NCBI GenBank assembly: GCA_036918135.1
Contig: JBALDB010000053.1
Coordinates: 96,001 to 160,000, forward strand
Reading direction: 5' to 3'
DNA: 64,000 bases
Source of the DNA: Nostoc sp.
GTDB lineage: Bacteria > Cyanobacteriota > Cyanobacteriia > Cyanobacteriales > Nostocaceae
This document shows, piece by piece, positions 49,630-60,564 of the stretch. The notes beneath the pieces were generated by a model, which had not been told where the DNA came from, did no database searches, and saw only the letters and a list, made by a program, of their open reading frames with translations. Made by a program: the position numbers and the translations under genes. The first letter of the stretch is position 1; each line of letters starts with the position of its first letter.

Positions 49630-50382
49630 ATGTCTTTAAAGAAAATTGCTTGTATTGCTGCTCTCTCCACAATCGCTTCTATTAGTTATGCTGGTTCGGC
49701 ACATGCTTTAGGGTTGACATATCATGCTGGGTCTTACCGCGATAATACAAAAGTAAATGAAGGCGTTTTTTCTCAGAATGTTAATAAAGCAGGTTATACA
49801 ACCTTTGATTTTAATGATGGTAAAGTACCAGGCAATGACTTAGTGAAATATTCTTTTTCTAAAGGTAGCTATTCTACGACAGCTTATTCTGGTCAAACTG
49901 GTATTTACTCCGACGTTTGGGCACCTTCTGGCGCTAACGCAGAAGTCAACAAAACTGATTATTTAGCAGTTTTCTCTGATAGCGATACCATCATTGAAGC
50001 TCAGGGTAATAATACTTTTAGTTATTTCGGTTTTGATGCGGGCGCTCTCAGCGGAGGTAATACTTTGAAATTCTTCAACGGAACCACTTTAATAAAAGAG
50101 TTAACGTATAGCATGATGGATGCAGTAGCTACTGTTGGAGCATCCCAACATGGTGGTCAAAAGAATGGTTTCTTTGAGTTTTTCTCAGAAGGTAAGGATG
50201 ATACCTTTAATAAAATTGTAATTTCTCAGACAGAAGGTGGCGGATTTGAAAGTGACAACCATACATTTCGGATTGAAAGTGTGCCTGAACCCAGTGTTAC
50301 TTTAGGTATGCTAGCTGTAGGTGGGTTATTTATACGCAAACGTAAAAACCAGAAATTGCAACCCGCAAAAGAATCTGCTTAA
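49630..50382 (+). CDS. PEP-CTERM exosortase-sorted surface protein
   Basis: Signal peptide ending AHA; FESDNH; VPEPS followed by a TM helix and RKRK. Confidence 0.9.
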   Translation: MSLKKIACIAALSTIASISYAGSAHALGLTYHAGSYRDNTKVNEGVFSQNVNKAGYTTFDFNDGKVPGNDLVKYSFSKGSYSTTAYSGQTGIYSDVWAPSGANAEVNKTDYLAVFSDSDTIIEAQGNNTFSYFGFDAGALSGGNTLKFFNGTTLIKELTYSMMDAVATVGASQHGGQKNGFFEFFSEGKDDTFNKIVISQTEGGGFESDNHTFRIESVPEPSVTLGMLAVGGLFIRKRKNQKLQPAKESA

Positions 50383-50437
50383 ACAAAAGTTTAGGTTGGC
50401 TGATTTAATAAAATTTTGTCTAAAACCGTTGTCATAT

Positions 50438-50468
50438 AAAGCGAAGGATTTTCAAAATCCTTCGCTTT
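50438..50468. terminator. Bidirectional terminator hairpin
   Basis: Perfect inverted repeat AAAGCGAAGGATTTT-C-AAAATCCTTCGCTTT between convergent genes. Confidence 0.75.
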
Positions 50469-50485
50469 GCTTTGATGGAAGTGTA

Positions 50486-51505
50486 TTATCGCCGATATTC
50501 ATCACCACAATCGCCGATTAGCTGATACAAATCTCGTGATTGACGAGAGACAGCATTAATGCGATCGCCATCGTCTGCGTCTAAACTAAAATTAAAGACT
50601 TTGGCATTATCTTCTAAATGTTCGGATACCCCAAGTCTTGCGCCAACTATTACACCTCCAACAGTTGGGCGATCTAAAATATAACGCACTGCCACGTTGG
50701 CAATGCTTACACCATGCTTATTTGCGATTTCTTTAAGAATAGCAAGCAACTCTTGAAATAATTGCCAACTACCCCAAGCATCAATCATATTTTTGTATTT
50801 TTTCAAACTAGCAGTAGCTAAATCAAATCCTCGTGGTTCTGGTTTACCCAAATAGTTTTCTGATAACAAACCACCGCAAACTGTACCGTAAGTAAAAAGT
50901 TTGATGTCATGCTGTTGACAAAATTCAATCATCTTCACTTCCGGACGGCGATCGACTAGTGAAAATTGTACTTGGTTAGAAACAATTTTAATACCTGCTT
51001 CGGTAATAATTTTTAAGTGTTCAGTGTCAAAATTAGTCAACGCTAAATGCTTAATTTTGCCCTCATCTTGAAGTTCTGCCATATATTTGAGGGCATCTAG
51101 ATAATTTTTATCTTGATATTCCCACCAATGGAATTGCATCAAATCTAATGATTGCACATTCATCCTTCTTAGCGAAATATCAATATTTTCCTCAACAAGT
51201 TTTTTGGTCATTTTCCCAGGACGAGGCACCCATTTTGTAAAGGCTTGTACTTGGGATAAAGCATCTTTGCCACGGGTATCAATTAGTTGACAGCGAAATT
51301 CACCAATGAAGTCTTCTGCAGGGCCGTAATGATCTGCTAAATCCCAAGTAGTAAAGCCTGCATCGAAATATTTGAACATACTATCAACGGCAGCTTGGGG
51401 ATTAATACGTCCGTGTGCGCCAGAGACTTGCCACATGCCATTTAATATGCGGCAAATGTTTAAATCAGGGGTGAATTGGAGACGACTAGCTGCGGGTAAG
51501 TTCAT
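50486..51505 (-). CDS. Aldo/keto reductase
   Basis: DLADHYG, DLMQFHW, EGKIKHLALTNF and SNQVQFS. Confidence 0.9.
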   Translation of the reverse strand: MNLPAASRLQFTPDLNICRILNGMWQVSGAHGRINPQAAVDSMFKYFDAGFTTWDLADHYGPAEDFIGEFRCQLIDTRGKDALSQVQAFTKWVPRPGKMTKKLVEENIDISLRRMNVQSLDLMQFHWWEYQDKNYLDALKYMAELQDEGKIKHLALTNFDTEHLKIITEAGIKIVSNQVQFSLVDRRPEVKMIEFCQQHDIKLFTYGTVCGGLLSENYLGKPEPRGFDLATASLKKYKNMIDAWGSWQLFQELLAILKEIANKHGVSIANVAVRYILDRPTVGGVIVGARLGVSEHLEDNAKVFNFSLDADDGDRINAVSRQSRDLYQLIGDCGDEYRR

Positions 51506-51667
51506 TTTTTAGTTAGGAGTGAGGAGTCAGGAGTAAGAAGAGTTAATAATTCGTGAGTTAACAGAGAAATTGTTACAGCCTTTTGAACTTTTCTACTTTA
51601 TTATGAATGATTTTAGACTGCTCAAGTTAATAAGTGCTAAAGTCTTAACTCTTAACTCCTAACTTTT

Positions 51668-52003
51668 TTAATGCCAGCCTTTTTCAGCTTGTTCGATAAC
51701 ATAAGCAGCAACATCTTGAATTTGCTGTTCGCTAAGGCGATCTTTGTAGGCTGACATATTATTTTTACCATTGGTAACTATCGAGCTAACTGCCTCTATT
51801 GAATCCATACCATATTTCTTCAGCGCTGGCTTTTTGAGATTTTTACCTCGCCTGACTATGTTACCACCATTAATATGACAACCAGCACAATGAATGCTGA
51901 ATATTTGTTCGCCATTAACTATATCTGCTGCATTAGCTTTTAACGTCAAAGTACTTATCAATAATAGAAAAGTTACTAAGACTAATGTTATAAGTTTTTT
52001 CAC
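51668..52003 (-). CDS. petJ: Cytochrome c6 (or c6-like paralog)
   Basis: Signal peptide, CAGCH heme motif, GKNNM axial Met. Confidence 0.85.
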   Translation of the reverse strand: MKKLITLVLVTFLLLISTLTLKANAADIVNGEQIFSIHCAGCHINGGNIVRRGKNLKKPALKKYGMDSIEAVSSIVTNGKNNMSAYKDRLSEQQIQDVAAYVIEQAEKGWH

Positions 52004-52147
52004 TCAGCTTCTCCATATTTTTCAATACTAGTTACCAAAATAAATGTCAAAAAAAATACAATAAGTTTCCAAAAATTAAGTACACAAACTAAGTCTCAAA
52101 GCTATGACTGAAACTTGTTTTACTTCTCAATTGTGACTTTTGCTAAA

Positions 52148-52372
52148 TTACAGAGATTCAAAGTCAGATGTGAATCCAGTAAATTGTGTACAATCTTCCT
52201 GAAAAGCTTCGGCATCGCTAACATCCTCGATTTTATATGACATAATCCGCGTGCCATCTGGCATTTTTTTGGAACCAATTAATTCACCTTGATATTTTTC
52301 AGCGATCGCTTTAAATTCAGTACCATAGACCTTCCAAGCATCACCAGAACAAGTAATATTCACTCGCCACAT
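52148..52372 (-). CDS. Small hypothetical protein
   Basis: 74-aa ORF with ordinary globular composition. Confidence 0.65.
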   Translation of the reverse strand: MWRVNITCSGDAWKVYGTEFKAIAEKYQGELIGSKKMPDGTRIMSYKIEDVSDAEAFQEDCTQFTGFTSDFESL

Positions 52373-52563
52373 ATTTTCTACTCAATTACTACTAGCAAAT
52401 ATTCATCATCTCACAAATAGTCAACATCTCATACATCACTGCTTCGGATTGTTGACTTTCTACCTAAAGGAAGTGCCTAGCCAAATAAGCCTACGCCATA
52501 ATATCTATGTATAACCATCTCTAAAAACTTTTATCCCAATTAGTTAAATCCTCAGAGTTGAAA

Positions 52564-53364
52564 ATGCCTAACAATATCAAACAACAAATTCAAGCAGACT
52601 TGCAACAAGCTAAAGAAACCGGACAATTAAGAACTGAACGGATTCGAGAAATTGTTAAATCCGCAGTTTCTCAAGTTGGTTCTGAGTTCAAACAAGGTTC
52701 TACTGAAATTCGTACCCTTGTTAAAGATGCGGTTTCTGCTGTCATCGAAAACTTCCAAGAAAAAGGTGGGGAACTCAAAGATGAAGTGACAGCTTCCATC
52801 GAAGGAGCGTTGGAAGGAATTAATAGTAAAAGACACGAAAATATTGTTAAAACTCAGACTGATATCAAGCGGCTACAGGCTGAATTAGATGGTGAAGAAG
52901 AACAACTCCAGCAAGAAGTTGATGTAATTTTGGCAGAGATTGAAGAGACGGGTAAGGAAAAACCTGCTAGCACCAAAACTGCAATTGATTCTGCTGTCAA
53001 TGCCATTAAAGATAGCGAAGAAGTTAATTTATTAAAGAAACGTTACGCGCAACTGCAAGCACAGCTAGCCATTGTTCGAGCTAATATGGCTGCGCGCTAT
53101 GGCGGACGTTCTATGGAGGTTCAAGATTATCTAGACGAGGCTAAACATTGGTATAATAAAGCTCGTCCCCAAGCTGAATCTCTAGCTACACAGGTAGGAC
53201 AAAAGCGATCGCAGTTAGAAGACAAATTAGGTGAAGCTGGTACATCTTTAGCCAGAAAAGAGCATCAGATTAAACAAACCTTGAGGGAGTTACTGTTAAC
53301 CGCAGCTGATTTGTTCAAAGATAAGGAACCAGCTAATAAAGACCGGGAAACTATTCATAAATAG
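52564..53364 (+). CDS. Helical / coiled-coil hypothetical protein (possible stress protein)
   Basis: Long hydrophilic heptad-rich ORF. Confidence 0.75.
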   Translation: MPNNIKQQIQADLQQAKETGQLRTERIREIVKSAVSQVGSEFKQGSTEIRTLVKDAVSAVIENFQEKGGELKDEVTASIEGALEGINSKRHENIVKTQTDIKRLQAELDGEEEQLQQEVDVILAEIEETGKEKPASTKTAIDSAVNAIKDSEEVNLLKKRYAQLQAQLAIVRANMAARYGGRSMEVQDYLDEAKHWYNKARPQAESLATQVGQKRSQLEDKLGEAGTSLARKEHQIKQTLRELLLTAADLFKDKEPANKDRETIHK

Positions 53365-53604
53365 GTAGCTTTACTATTTATCTATTAACTAATTTTTGCT
53401 AGGGTGCGTTATTTGGGATAACGCACCTCTTAATTTAAGTAATTGACCATTGCCTATTATATAAAATATATAGTTTCAAATAGATAGATGCTGGAAATTA
53501 TTAGATTTTTGACTTATATAACTTGTAATAGTTGTATTATTTATCAAATAAAAGGGTACGTTATAGCCTTAGCTTAACGCACCCTACTTGAAAATTTCCT
53601 TAAC

Positions 53605-53808
53605 TTAGTTTTGCGTATTAGTATATACTTGTTCTCGACTAAGTTGTTCATCATGCTTGGCAATAGCCCAGACTGCATGAATACTACCAGGAAGCCAACC
53701 AAGAAGTGTGAGCAAGATATTAATAATTAAAGTTGGGCCTACTCCAACTGTTAAAAAAACGCCTAAGGGAGGCACTAATAAACCTAGAAGATAACGAACT
53801 AATTTCAT
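53605..53808 (-). CDS. YqaE/Pmp3 family membrane proteolipid
   Basis: PPLGVFL...INILLTLLGWLPGSIHAVW. Confidence 0.92.
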   Translation of the reverse strand: MKLVRYLLGLLVPPLGVFLTVGVGPTLIINILLTLLGWLPGSIHAVWAIAKHDEQLSREQVYTNTQN

Positions 53809-53955
53809 GATGTTGTTAGAAGTTTGTGATTTTGTTTAATTTAGATTGTCTGCAAGACACCGAATTAAGAAATCCATCTCATGATTTATCTAAATTCGGA
53901 GATTTGATTTAGAGTAGACACGAAAATATATGAGCGTTTCTACTCCCACTCATAC

Positions 53956-54354
53956 TTATCTAGAAGGTAATTCACCTTGGCTTTTTACATTACCACTGCC
54001 GGTTAAAAGGTTTCTTTCAACAAAGTAGTTGTTAATCAAGGTGTTAGCAAAAGATAGAATTACTGGACCAAGAATAAAACCGATAAGTCCATGAACTGAG
54101 AATCCAGGAACTAGCGCCGCTGCTAACCAAAAACAAAAACCGTTGACAATCAGGGAAAATGCTCCAAATGTTAAAAAATTGAGTGGGAGTGAAAGAGTAG
54201 AAAGAATCGGCTTAAGTGAACCGTTAATCAAACCAATTACAAAAGCAGCAATTAAAGCTGCGGGAAAATTAGCAATATCAACATTTGGAACAACTATATC
54301 AACAATTAACAAGCTTAAAGCTGTAGCTAATGCAGTTAAAAATGGTGTCAACAT
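53956..54354 (-). CDS. 4-TMS phage-holin-family (YvlD-like) membrane protein
   Basis: GLING.LKPIL..LSLPL..LTFGAFSLIVN motif. Confidence 0.88.
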   Translation of the reverse strand: MLTPFLTALATALSLLIVDIVVPNVDIANFPAALIAAFVIGLINGSLKPILSTLSLPLNFLTFGAFSLIVNGFCFWLAAALVPGFSVHGLIGFILGPVILSFANTLINNYFVERNLLTGSGNVKSQGELPSR

Positions 54355-54615
54355 TGTTTTTACCTAATAAAGATTTTTTGTTTCAACTTCTTCTTTCATC
54401 TTTAACTAGGTGCTAGATTTTAACCTCTCTTGAAAGGTAGAATCTACTTCTATCGTTAGGTCGAGCATAAAAAAACTATAGCGGTTCTTATATATGTAAC
54501 AGGTAGTAAAGTACAGCTGCTGTGCTTTACTACTTTGGATAATGTTTTTCGAGTCAGGTTAGTTTGTTTAAGCAACGAAAAAATTTAAGAATTCTTTAAT
54601 ATCACAAGCTAACAA

Positions 54616-54957
54616 TCACTCAGATTTTCCTGACTCAGGGTGATAATAAAGGGCTGATTTATATAAGACTTGTTCTTGATGAGTTTCTAAAGTGCAATCT
54701 GACAACGGATAAGTTACACAAGTAACAACATAACCAGCCTCTATTTCACTTGGACGCAAAAATTTTTGCTCGCTTTGGTCGATTTCACCGCTAACAAGTT
54801 TGGCGATACAAACAGAACATTCGCCTTGTTTGCACCCAGATGGTAGGCGGATACGAGCATCTTCTGCCATATCGAGAATATATTGATCGTCTGGTACTTG
54901 AATTATAGAATCTAATCCCAAATTAACATTAATGAGTCGGACTTGATAAATTGCCAT
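54616..54957 (-). CDS. Plant-type 2Fe-2S ferredoxin
   Basis: CKQGECSVC...TCVTYP. Confidence 0.9.
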   Translation of the reverse strand: MAIYQVRLINVNLGLDSIIQVPDDQYILDMAEDARIRLPSGCKQGECSVCIAKLVSGEIDQSEQKFLRPSEIEAGYVVTCVTYPLSDCTLETHQEQVLYKSALYYHPESGKSE

Positions 54958-54970
54958 CTGCTGTTTCTAA

Positions 54971-57130
54971 TTACTGCTTAACTGCTTTCATTGACAAACT
55001 AATTCGTTTGAGTTTCTCGTTGACTTCTATTACCCGGACTTTGACTACTTGTCCTACCTTCACAATTTTCTTGGGATCGTCTACGAATCTATCAGCAAGT
55101 TGGGAAATATGCACCAAACCATCTTGATGTACGCCGATATCAACAAATGCACCGAAGTTGGCGACATTGGTGATGATTCCCTCTAGTTCCATTCCTTCCT
55201 TTAAATCGGTAATTTCTTTAATTCCTTCTTTAAAGGTGGCGTACTTAAACTCAGCACGGGGATCTCTACCTGGTTTTTCTAGTTCGCTGAGGATGTCGCG
55301 TAGTGTCGGTTCGCCGACGGTATCGGTTAGATATTTCTTCAAGTTGGTTTTTTTGAGTTTTTCGGCAATTTGTGTCACCTGATTTAATGGCACATTTAAA
55401 TCAGATGCGATCGCTTCAACTACAGAATAACTCTCTGGATGCACTGCTGTATTATCTAATGGGTTGTCACCACCGCGAATTCGCAGAAAACCGGCTGCTT
55501 GTTCAAAGGCTTTTGGCCCCAATTTCGCAACTTTCAACAGTTGGCGGCGATTTTTAAAGGCTCCGTGCTGGTTGCGATGGGTGACAATATTATTGGCAAC
55601 TGTTGGGGTAACTCCAGAAACAGAAGTCAGAAGTTCTTTAGAGGCGGTGTTTAAGTCTACGCCGACGTAGTTAACGCAGCTTTCTACGGTTTCCTCCAAT
55701 TTCTTTTTCAACAACTTCTGGTCGACATCGTGCTGGTATTGTCCCACGCCAATGGATTTGGGATCGATTTTCACCAGTTCCGCTAAGGGATCTTGCAAAC
55801 GACGCCCGATACTAATTGCGCCACGCACTGTAACATCTAAATCGGGAAATTCTTCGAGCGCCACTTTACTTGCAGAATATATAGATGCACCAGACTCATT
55901 CACTATCACCTTAACTGGTTTGGGTTCTATATTTTGTAAGATTTGTGAGACAAACTCCTCTGTCTCGCGGGACGCTGTACCGTTACCAATGGCAATTAAC
56001 TCAATTTTGTACTTTTCAATCAGATTTTTAATAATTTGTGCAGCTTTGAGTCTTTGTTCGGCGGCTTGGTGAGGGAATACCGCCTGGTATTCCAAAAATT
56101 TTCCTGTTTGGTCGAGGACAGCAACTTTACACCCAGTTCTAAATCCAGGGTCTATGGCTAGAGTTGGTTTCATTCCTGCGGGTGCAGACAACAGTAACTC
56201 CCGCAGATTTGCTTCAAATGTCTTGATTGATTCTACGTCTGCATAATCCTTTTTCTCAGAAATCACCTCCCCCATAAGAGAGATTTTCATTAAACGGGCG
56301 AATGCATCCTTGAGCATCGATTGATAAAAATCCCGAATTGTTCGGACTTTGGTTTTAATTTCTTGGGACTCAAGATAATAAAGTACCGTATCCTCATCGA
56401 AAGCAATTTCAAAGCTCAATACTTTCTCAGTTTCACCCCGACACAACGCCAGCATATTGTGGGGTGCAATATTTTTTACTTTAATTTGATAGTCACGGTA
56501 CATTTCAAATTTGGTTGTACCTTCGGGATAATCATCTTTAATGCGAGAGACGAATACCCCTTCTTGTAAAAGATAATCGCGGATATATGCCCGTAAATCA
56601 GCTTTTTCGGCTATCTCTTCCGCTAAGATGTCAGCAGCACCTTTGAGCGCTTCTTGTACTGTTTTTACTCCCTTGGTTTCTGAAATATATTTAGCCGCAG
56701 CTTCTTCTAATGAAGCTGTTACAGCATTTTTGACATTTAGTGACTTGATGAACTCCGCTAGGGGTTCGAGTCCTTTTTCTCTAGCGAGAGTAGCGCGGGT
56801 GCGTCGCTTTGGTCGATACGGTAAGTACAGATCTTCAAGTTCGGTTTTTTGTAAACAGGATGCGATTTTCGCTTTGAGTTCATCCGTGAGTTTACCTTGT
56901 TCGGCGATCGCATTTAAAATGACAGACTTACGTTCTTCCAGTTCTGTTAAATAAGTATATCTATCAGCCAGATTGCGAAGTTGCACTTCATTCATCTCAT
57001 CAGTGCGCTCTTTACGGTAACGTGCAATAAACGGAATCGTTGCACCCTCGGCCAAAAGTTCTAGCGCATTTTGCACCTGATGGGATTTAAGGTTTAATTC
57101 AGTTGCTAGTAATTCACGAATGTTCAGCAT
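54971..57130 (-). CDS. tex: Tex family RNA-binding protein
   Basis: TIPFIARYRKE, DPGFRTGCK, IGVGQYQHD and a C-terminal S1 domain. Confidence 0.95.
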   Translation of the reverse strand: MLNIRELLATELNLKSHQVQNALELLAEGATIPFIARYRKERTDEMNEVQLRNLADRYTYLTELEERKSVILNAIAEQGKLTDELKAKIASCLQKTELEDLYLPYRPKRRTRATLAREKGLEPLAEFIKSLNVKNAVTASLEEAAAKYISETKGVKTVQEALKGAADILAEEIAEKADLRAYIRDYLLQEGVFVSRIKDDYPEGTTKFEMYRDYQIKVKNIAPHNMLALCRGETEKVLSFEIAFDEDTVLYYLESQEIKTKVRTIRDFYQSMLKDAFARLMKISLMGEVISEKKDYADVESIKTFEANLRELLLSAPAGMKPTLAIDPGFRTGCKVAVLDQTGKFLEYQAVFPHQAAEQRLKAAQIIKNLIEKYKIELIAIGNGTASRETEEFVSQILQNIEPKPVKVIVNESGASIYSASKVALEEFPDLDVTVRGAISIGRRLQDPLAELVKIDPKSIGVGQYQHDVDQKLLKKKLEETVESCVNYVGVDLNTASKELLTSVSGVTPTVANNIVTHRNQHGAFKNRRQLLKVAKLGPKAFEQAAGFLRIRGGDNPLDNTAVHPESYSVVEAIASDLNVPLNQVTQIAEKLKKTNLKKYLTDTVGEPTLRDILSELEKPGRDPRAEFKYATFKEGIKEITDLKEGMELEGIITNVANFGAFVDIGVHQDGLVHISQLADRFVDDPKKIVKVGQVVKVRVIEVNEKLKRISLSMKAVKQ

Positions 57131-57486
57131 CGAGTCTTTCAGGTGAAAATCCTACTCTTAAAGGTAATATGCTAAATCGTTTTCTTGAGGTCAACCCAAA
57201 GTTTTAAGCTAATTTATCAGATAATTGCTCGCCCCAGTAAAATTTCGCCGTTATGCTTCATCTCCCTTATCTCCTTTACCACCATACCAACTGGCGTGCG
57301 ACATTTTGTCATCCAGTCACGGTCAAGGTGTCAAATACAAGACTATCTAATCTTAATTTTCTATAAGATTTATATCGATGGACTATTGTAGCTAAAACCT
57401 TCTTAGATGTAAAATTAACCACAATTCCAAAAAGCACTTCAATCTCTTTATAAATACCGCAACTTTTAATCTATAGGTAATTGACA

Positions 57487-57741
57487 ATGGCTTTGTTTTT
57501 CTTGATACCACTGTGTACTGCTTTAGCTACTGGCTACTTTTTTAAAAAGAGTAGTGATGAAGTTGCATATCTTGCAGGTGTATTTGCAGCTGTTAGCCTG
57601 ATTTTAAGTTTAGTATTAGCACCCTGGCAGATTCAGTTTGGATTGTTGATCGTTGTCTTTATTATTACTAACAAACTTTTGCAAGAAAATGACTCTAAAC
57701 AAACTCAATTTACAGCAAAAGCACCCAGAGAAACTAAATGA
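57487..57741 (+). CDS. Small membrane hypothetical protein
   Basis: Three short hydrophobic segments, LVLAPW. Confidence 0.65.
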   Translation: MALFFLIPLCTALATGYFFKKSSDEVAYLAGVFAAVSLILSLVLAPWQIQFGLLIVVFIITNKLLQENDSKQTQFTAKAPRETK

Positions 57742-59697
57742 TTTCAACCACTAAGAATTAAATTTTTTCAACTTTAAACTATTGGGGATTATCAGACAGA
57801 TAATCCAAGAATGCCCTCACCAATAGCTTTTTTGCCTGTAAGTACGGCCATAATTGCTTTGAACTCATTTTTTAAATATAAAATTTCGTAACAAGATAGT
57901 TCGCTCTTATTCTTCAAGACATAACCTGATGATAGGTATTGTCCGCCTTTACCATGTGTAAAGCACACTAACTTTTTAAACTGTACTTACAATAAACCCC
58001 AGGATCGAATCACGTTTGACAATCAAATCTGAGAGACGATTTTATCGTTGACTTTGTATCTGAAGTAACTGTCAACTAAGTTTCATCTGAGATATCTAAA
58101 TCGTGAAATTGTTACGCTGAGAGAAAAAACGAGAATTGGAATCGTTTTTTCTCTGTATTTTTATTTGTAAAAAGGTATATTTTGTACTAATAATTAGTAA
58201 TTGTTTAGTCTGTTGTTGAAGTTTAAATTCTATTTGAGCAAAGCAAACTCTAAGCTTAACAATTTGTTTATACTCTAAAGCTAAACTCTTATCTTCTGCA
58301 AATATTAGTATCGAGAAGGACTGTTATTTGATTGCCTAAAAAAACTAGCCCTCAGCTTGAAAAGGCTGATTCCCTATTTGCTAACACCACTTGACGGTAG
58401 TTGCTCATGGGGGGAACACCCAAGACCGACGAAGTCGCTCCTCCCTACGGGAGCAAATAAGTTCAAAAATTAAAGCGGATTACTATATGAAGTTTTTGTT
58501 TAGAGAGATTTTAAGAAGATAAATTTTTGATGTTGAATTGCTGTTTTTAAAAGTCTAACATTCAACACTTAAAAATATATAAATATTCATGAAGAAAAAT
58601 TTCTCTAAAAGATACTGTCTATTTTATGAAGTTTTTGTTTAAGTATATTTTTGGCAAGTAAATTTTTGATGAAGCGTGACGATAAATTTGCAACATGCTT
58701 TTATCGTGGTATTCTAGTAAGTAATTAAATGTAGCAATAAATGAGGAGAAACAACTTTATTTAAAACTACATGTAGTCAATAAAAATCAACAAAAATTAA
58801 CCAGACATAATACTGATAATGTAAAAACACTCAAATCCAATTCAATTGCTGTTAACTTCAACGATCTCAACCGACCCAGTTTAAATTAACGGTTACTCTC
58901 ATCAAAGACTAATTTGGACATTGAGTAAAGTTTCCATAAACCTGTAAAGTAATTCATTTATCTCAAGACTCTCCTTCAGAGTCAGGGAGATTTTCCTAAC
59001 TGTTGTGTTCCCATGTCCAAAAAGAGCAATTATATAAATTAAGTGACATAGTTTCCAGGTATCACTATGATTACGAAGATGGTTTATATAAACCAGTAAA
59101 TTAAGAAACTTTCCTATAGCAAATTCAGGAAAATTATTAATTTAGGTAAGTTTTGATATATGAGTTAATGGCTTGATAAATTCAGTAGTCTGTTCAACAA
59201 GATTTCTATAACAGGATACATACGACTGATGAAACTTCATGAATGGATTAATAAAAAACTTTGGCAATCCATTTTTACTCGCTTAAATGTTAAGAATGAG
59301 TATTCTTTAAAAATTCAGCGATCGCCTACTGGTAAACTTTATCTAGGGCTAATTTATAGCAAAGCTCTCAACTGCTATAGACGATCGTATGTGACCTTTA
59401 TTTAGATATTAGTTATAAATTATAACTTAGGTGGCAGCAAAAATATCAGACACCGCTAACATACAGTAACTATCTATTTGTAAGGCGTATAGTATTTAGT
59501 TATTAACTTTAGGACATGAGCTTCCATGGTAATTTTGAGCTCAGTCCCTTCAAACTAACCTTCTTAGATTATGTTGTCTATTTACTGAAGTGGGAGGTCA
59601 AATTTTTGAAGAGGTGTGACCGAAATTCAAAGCGTTTAAAACGACAGGTTGTCACTGTCTGGTTTTTACCTACTATTTCCATTGAGGTAAATGTATT

Positions 59698-60084
59698 ATG
59701 AAATCTATATCACAAATCTCACGCTTTCAAATAACTTCTTATATCATCTTACTTATCAGTATTTTATTTAGTATTTCTGGACAATTGCTGATGAAGCATA
59801 CCATGAGTAATAGCAGTCACGAAGGACTATTTACTTGGGAATTTCTTCAACAATTGACCTTATCTGTGAGTGTTTATTGTTTAGGGATAGTAACTTGGAT
59901 ATTGGCTCTGCGAAATGTTAAATTGAGTATTGCTTATCCAGTAACTAGTTTAAACTATGTCGGAATACTCTTCGGTTCATATTATTTTTTTAATGAAGTG
60001 ATTACACTAACTAGAATATTAGGAGTATTGACGATTTTTGTTGGTGTTCTTTTAGTAGTTATTCCTCAGAAGAATTCTCATTAA
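59698..60084 (+). CDS. SMR/EamA-type 4-TM protein (ArnE/ArnF-like flippase subunit)
   Basis: SGQLLMK, LSIAYP, FFNE and GVLLV; GAGG RBS. Confidence 0.8.
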   Translation: MKSISQISRFQITSYIILLISILFSISGQLLMKHTMSNSSHEGLFTWEFLQQLTLSVSVYCLGIVTWILALRNVKLSIAYPVTSLNYVGILFGSYYFFNEVITLTRILGVLTIFVGVLLVVIPQKNSH

Positions 60085-60115
60085 TTTATAGTTAATTACA
60101 GAAGAAAATATTACG

Positions 60116-60487
60116 ATGAACATCATTAATTGGTTAAATTTAATGTTTGTAGTTTTGTTTGGAACAGTAGCTAACTTATCACTAAAGTATGGACTTTACG
60201 TTTCTAATCCTGACATTTCTAATCCTGCCAAACAAGCAAGTCCATCCATCCGCAATCTCATATTCTCTCGTTATTTTGTAATCTGGTTTATCTGTTATGC
60301 TTTTATGACTTTATTATGGCTGTATGTATTGCGGACAGTTCCTTTAAGTAAAGCATTTCCAGTTTTGGGATTAATGTATGCACTTATACCGATTGCCTCT
60401 CACCATCTTCTGAAAGAGAAGGTTGTATTTAGCCAGTGGTTAGGAATTTCAATTATCATCACTGGTGTAATTCTTGTTGTACACTAA
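60116..60487 (+). CDS. SMR/EamA-type 4-TM protein (second flippase-like subunit)
   Basis: PLSKAFP and LKEKV...WLG...GVILV. Confidence 0.8.
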   Translation: MNIINWLNLMFVVLFGTVANLSLKYGLYVSNPDISNPAKQASPSIRNLIFSRYFVIWFICYAFMTLLWLYVLRTVPLSKAFPVLGLMYALIPIASHHLLKEKVVFSQWLGISIIITGVILVVH

Positions 60488-60564
60488 CAGCTCAATCGGC
60501 TATGAATGTACAACAAAGTCATAAGAGAAACTTTGAACAACATTCCTATAAAAATCTAAAGTTT

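Noticed and set aside
53956..54354. Holin-family gene as evidence of a prophage
   Set aside because: This 4-TMS family is common on bacterial chromosomes, and no phage genes are nearby.
57790..57970. Possible ~58-aa minus-strand ORF in the long intergenic region
   Set aside because: No recognisable motif or RBS; cannot be told from a chance ORF.
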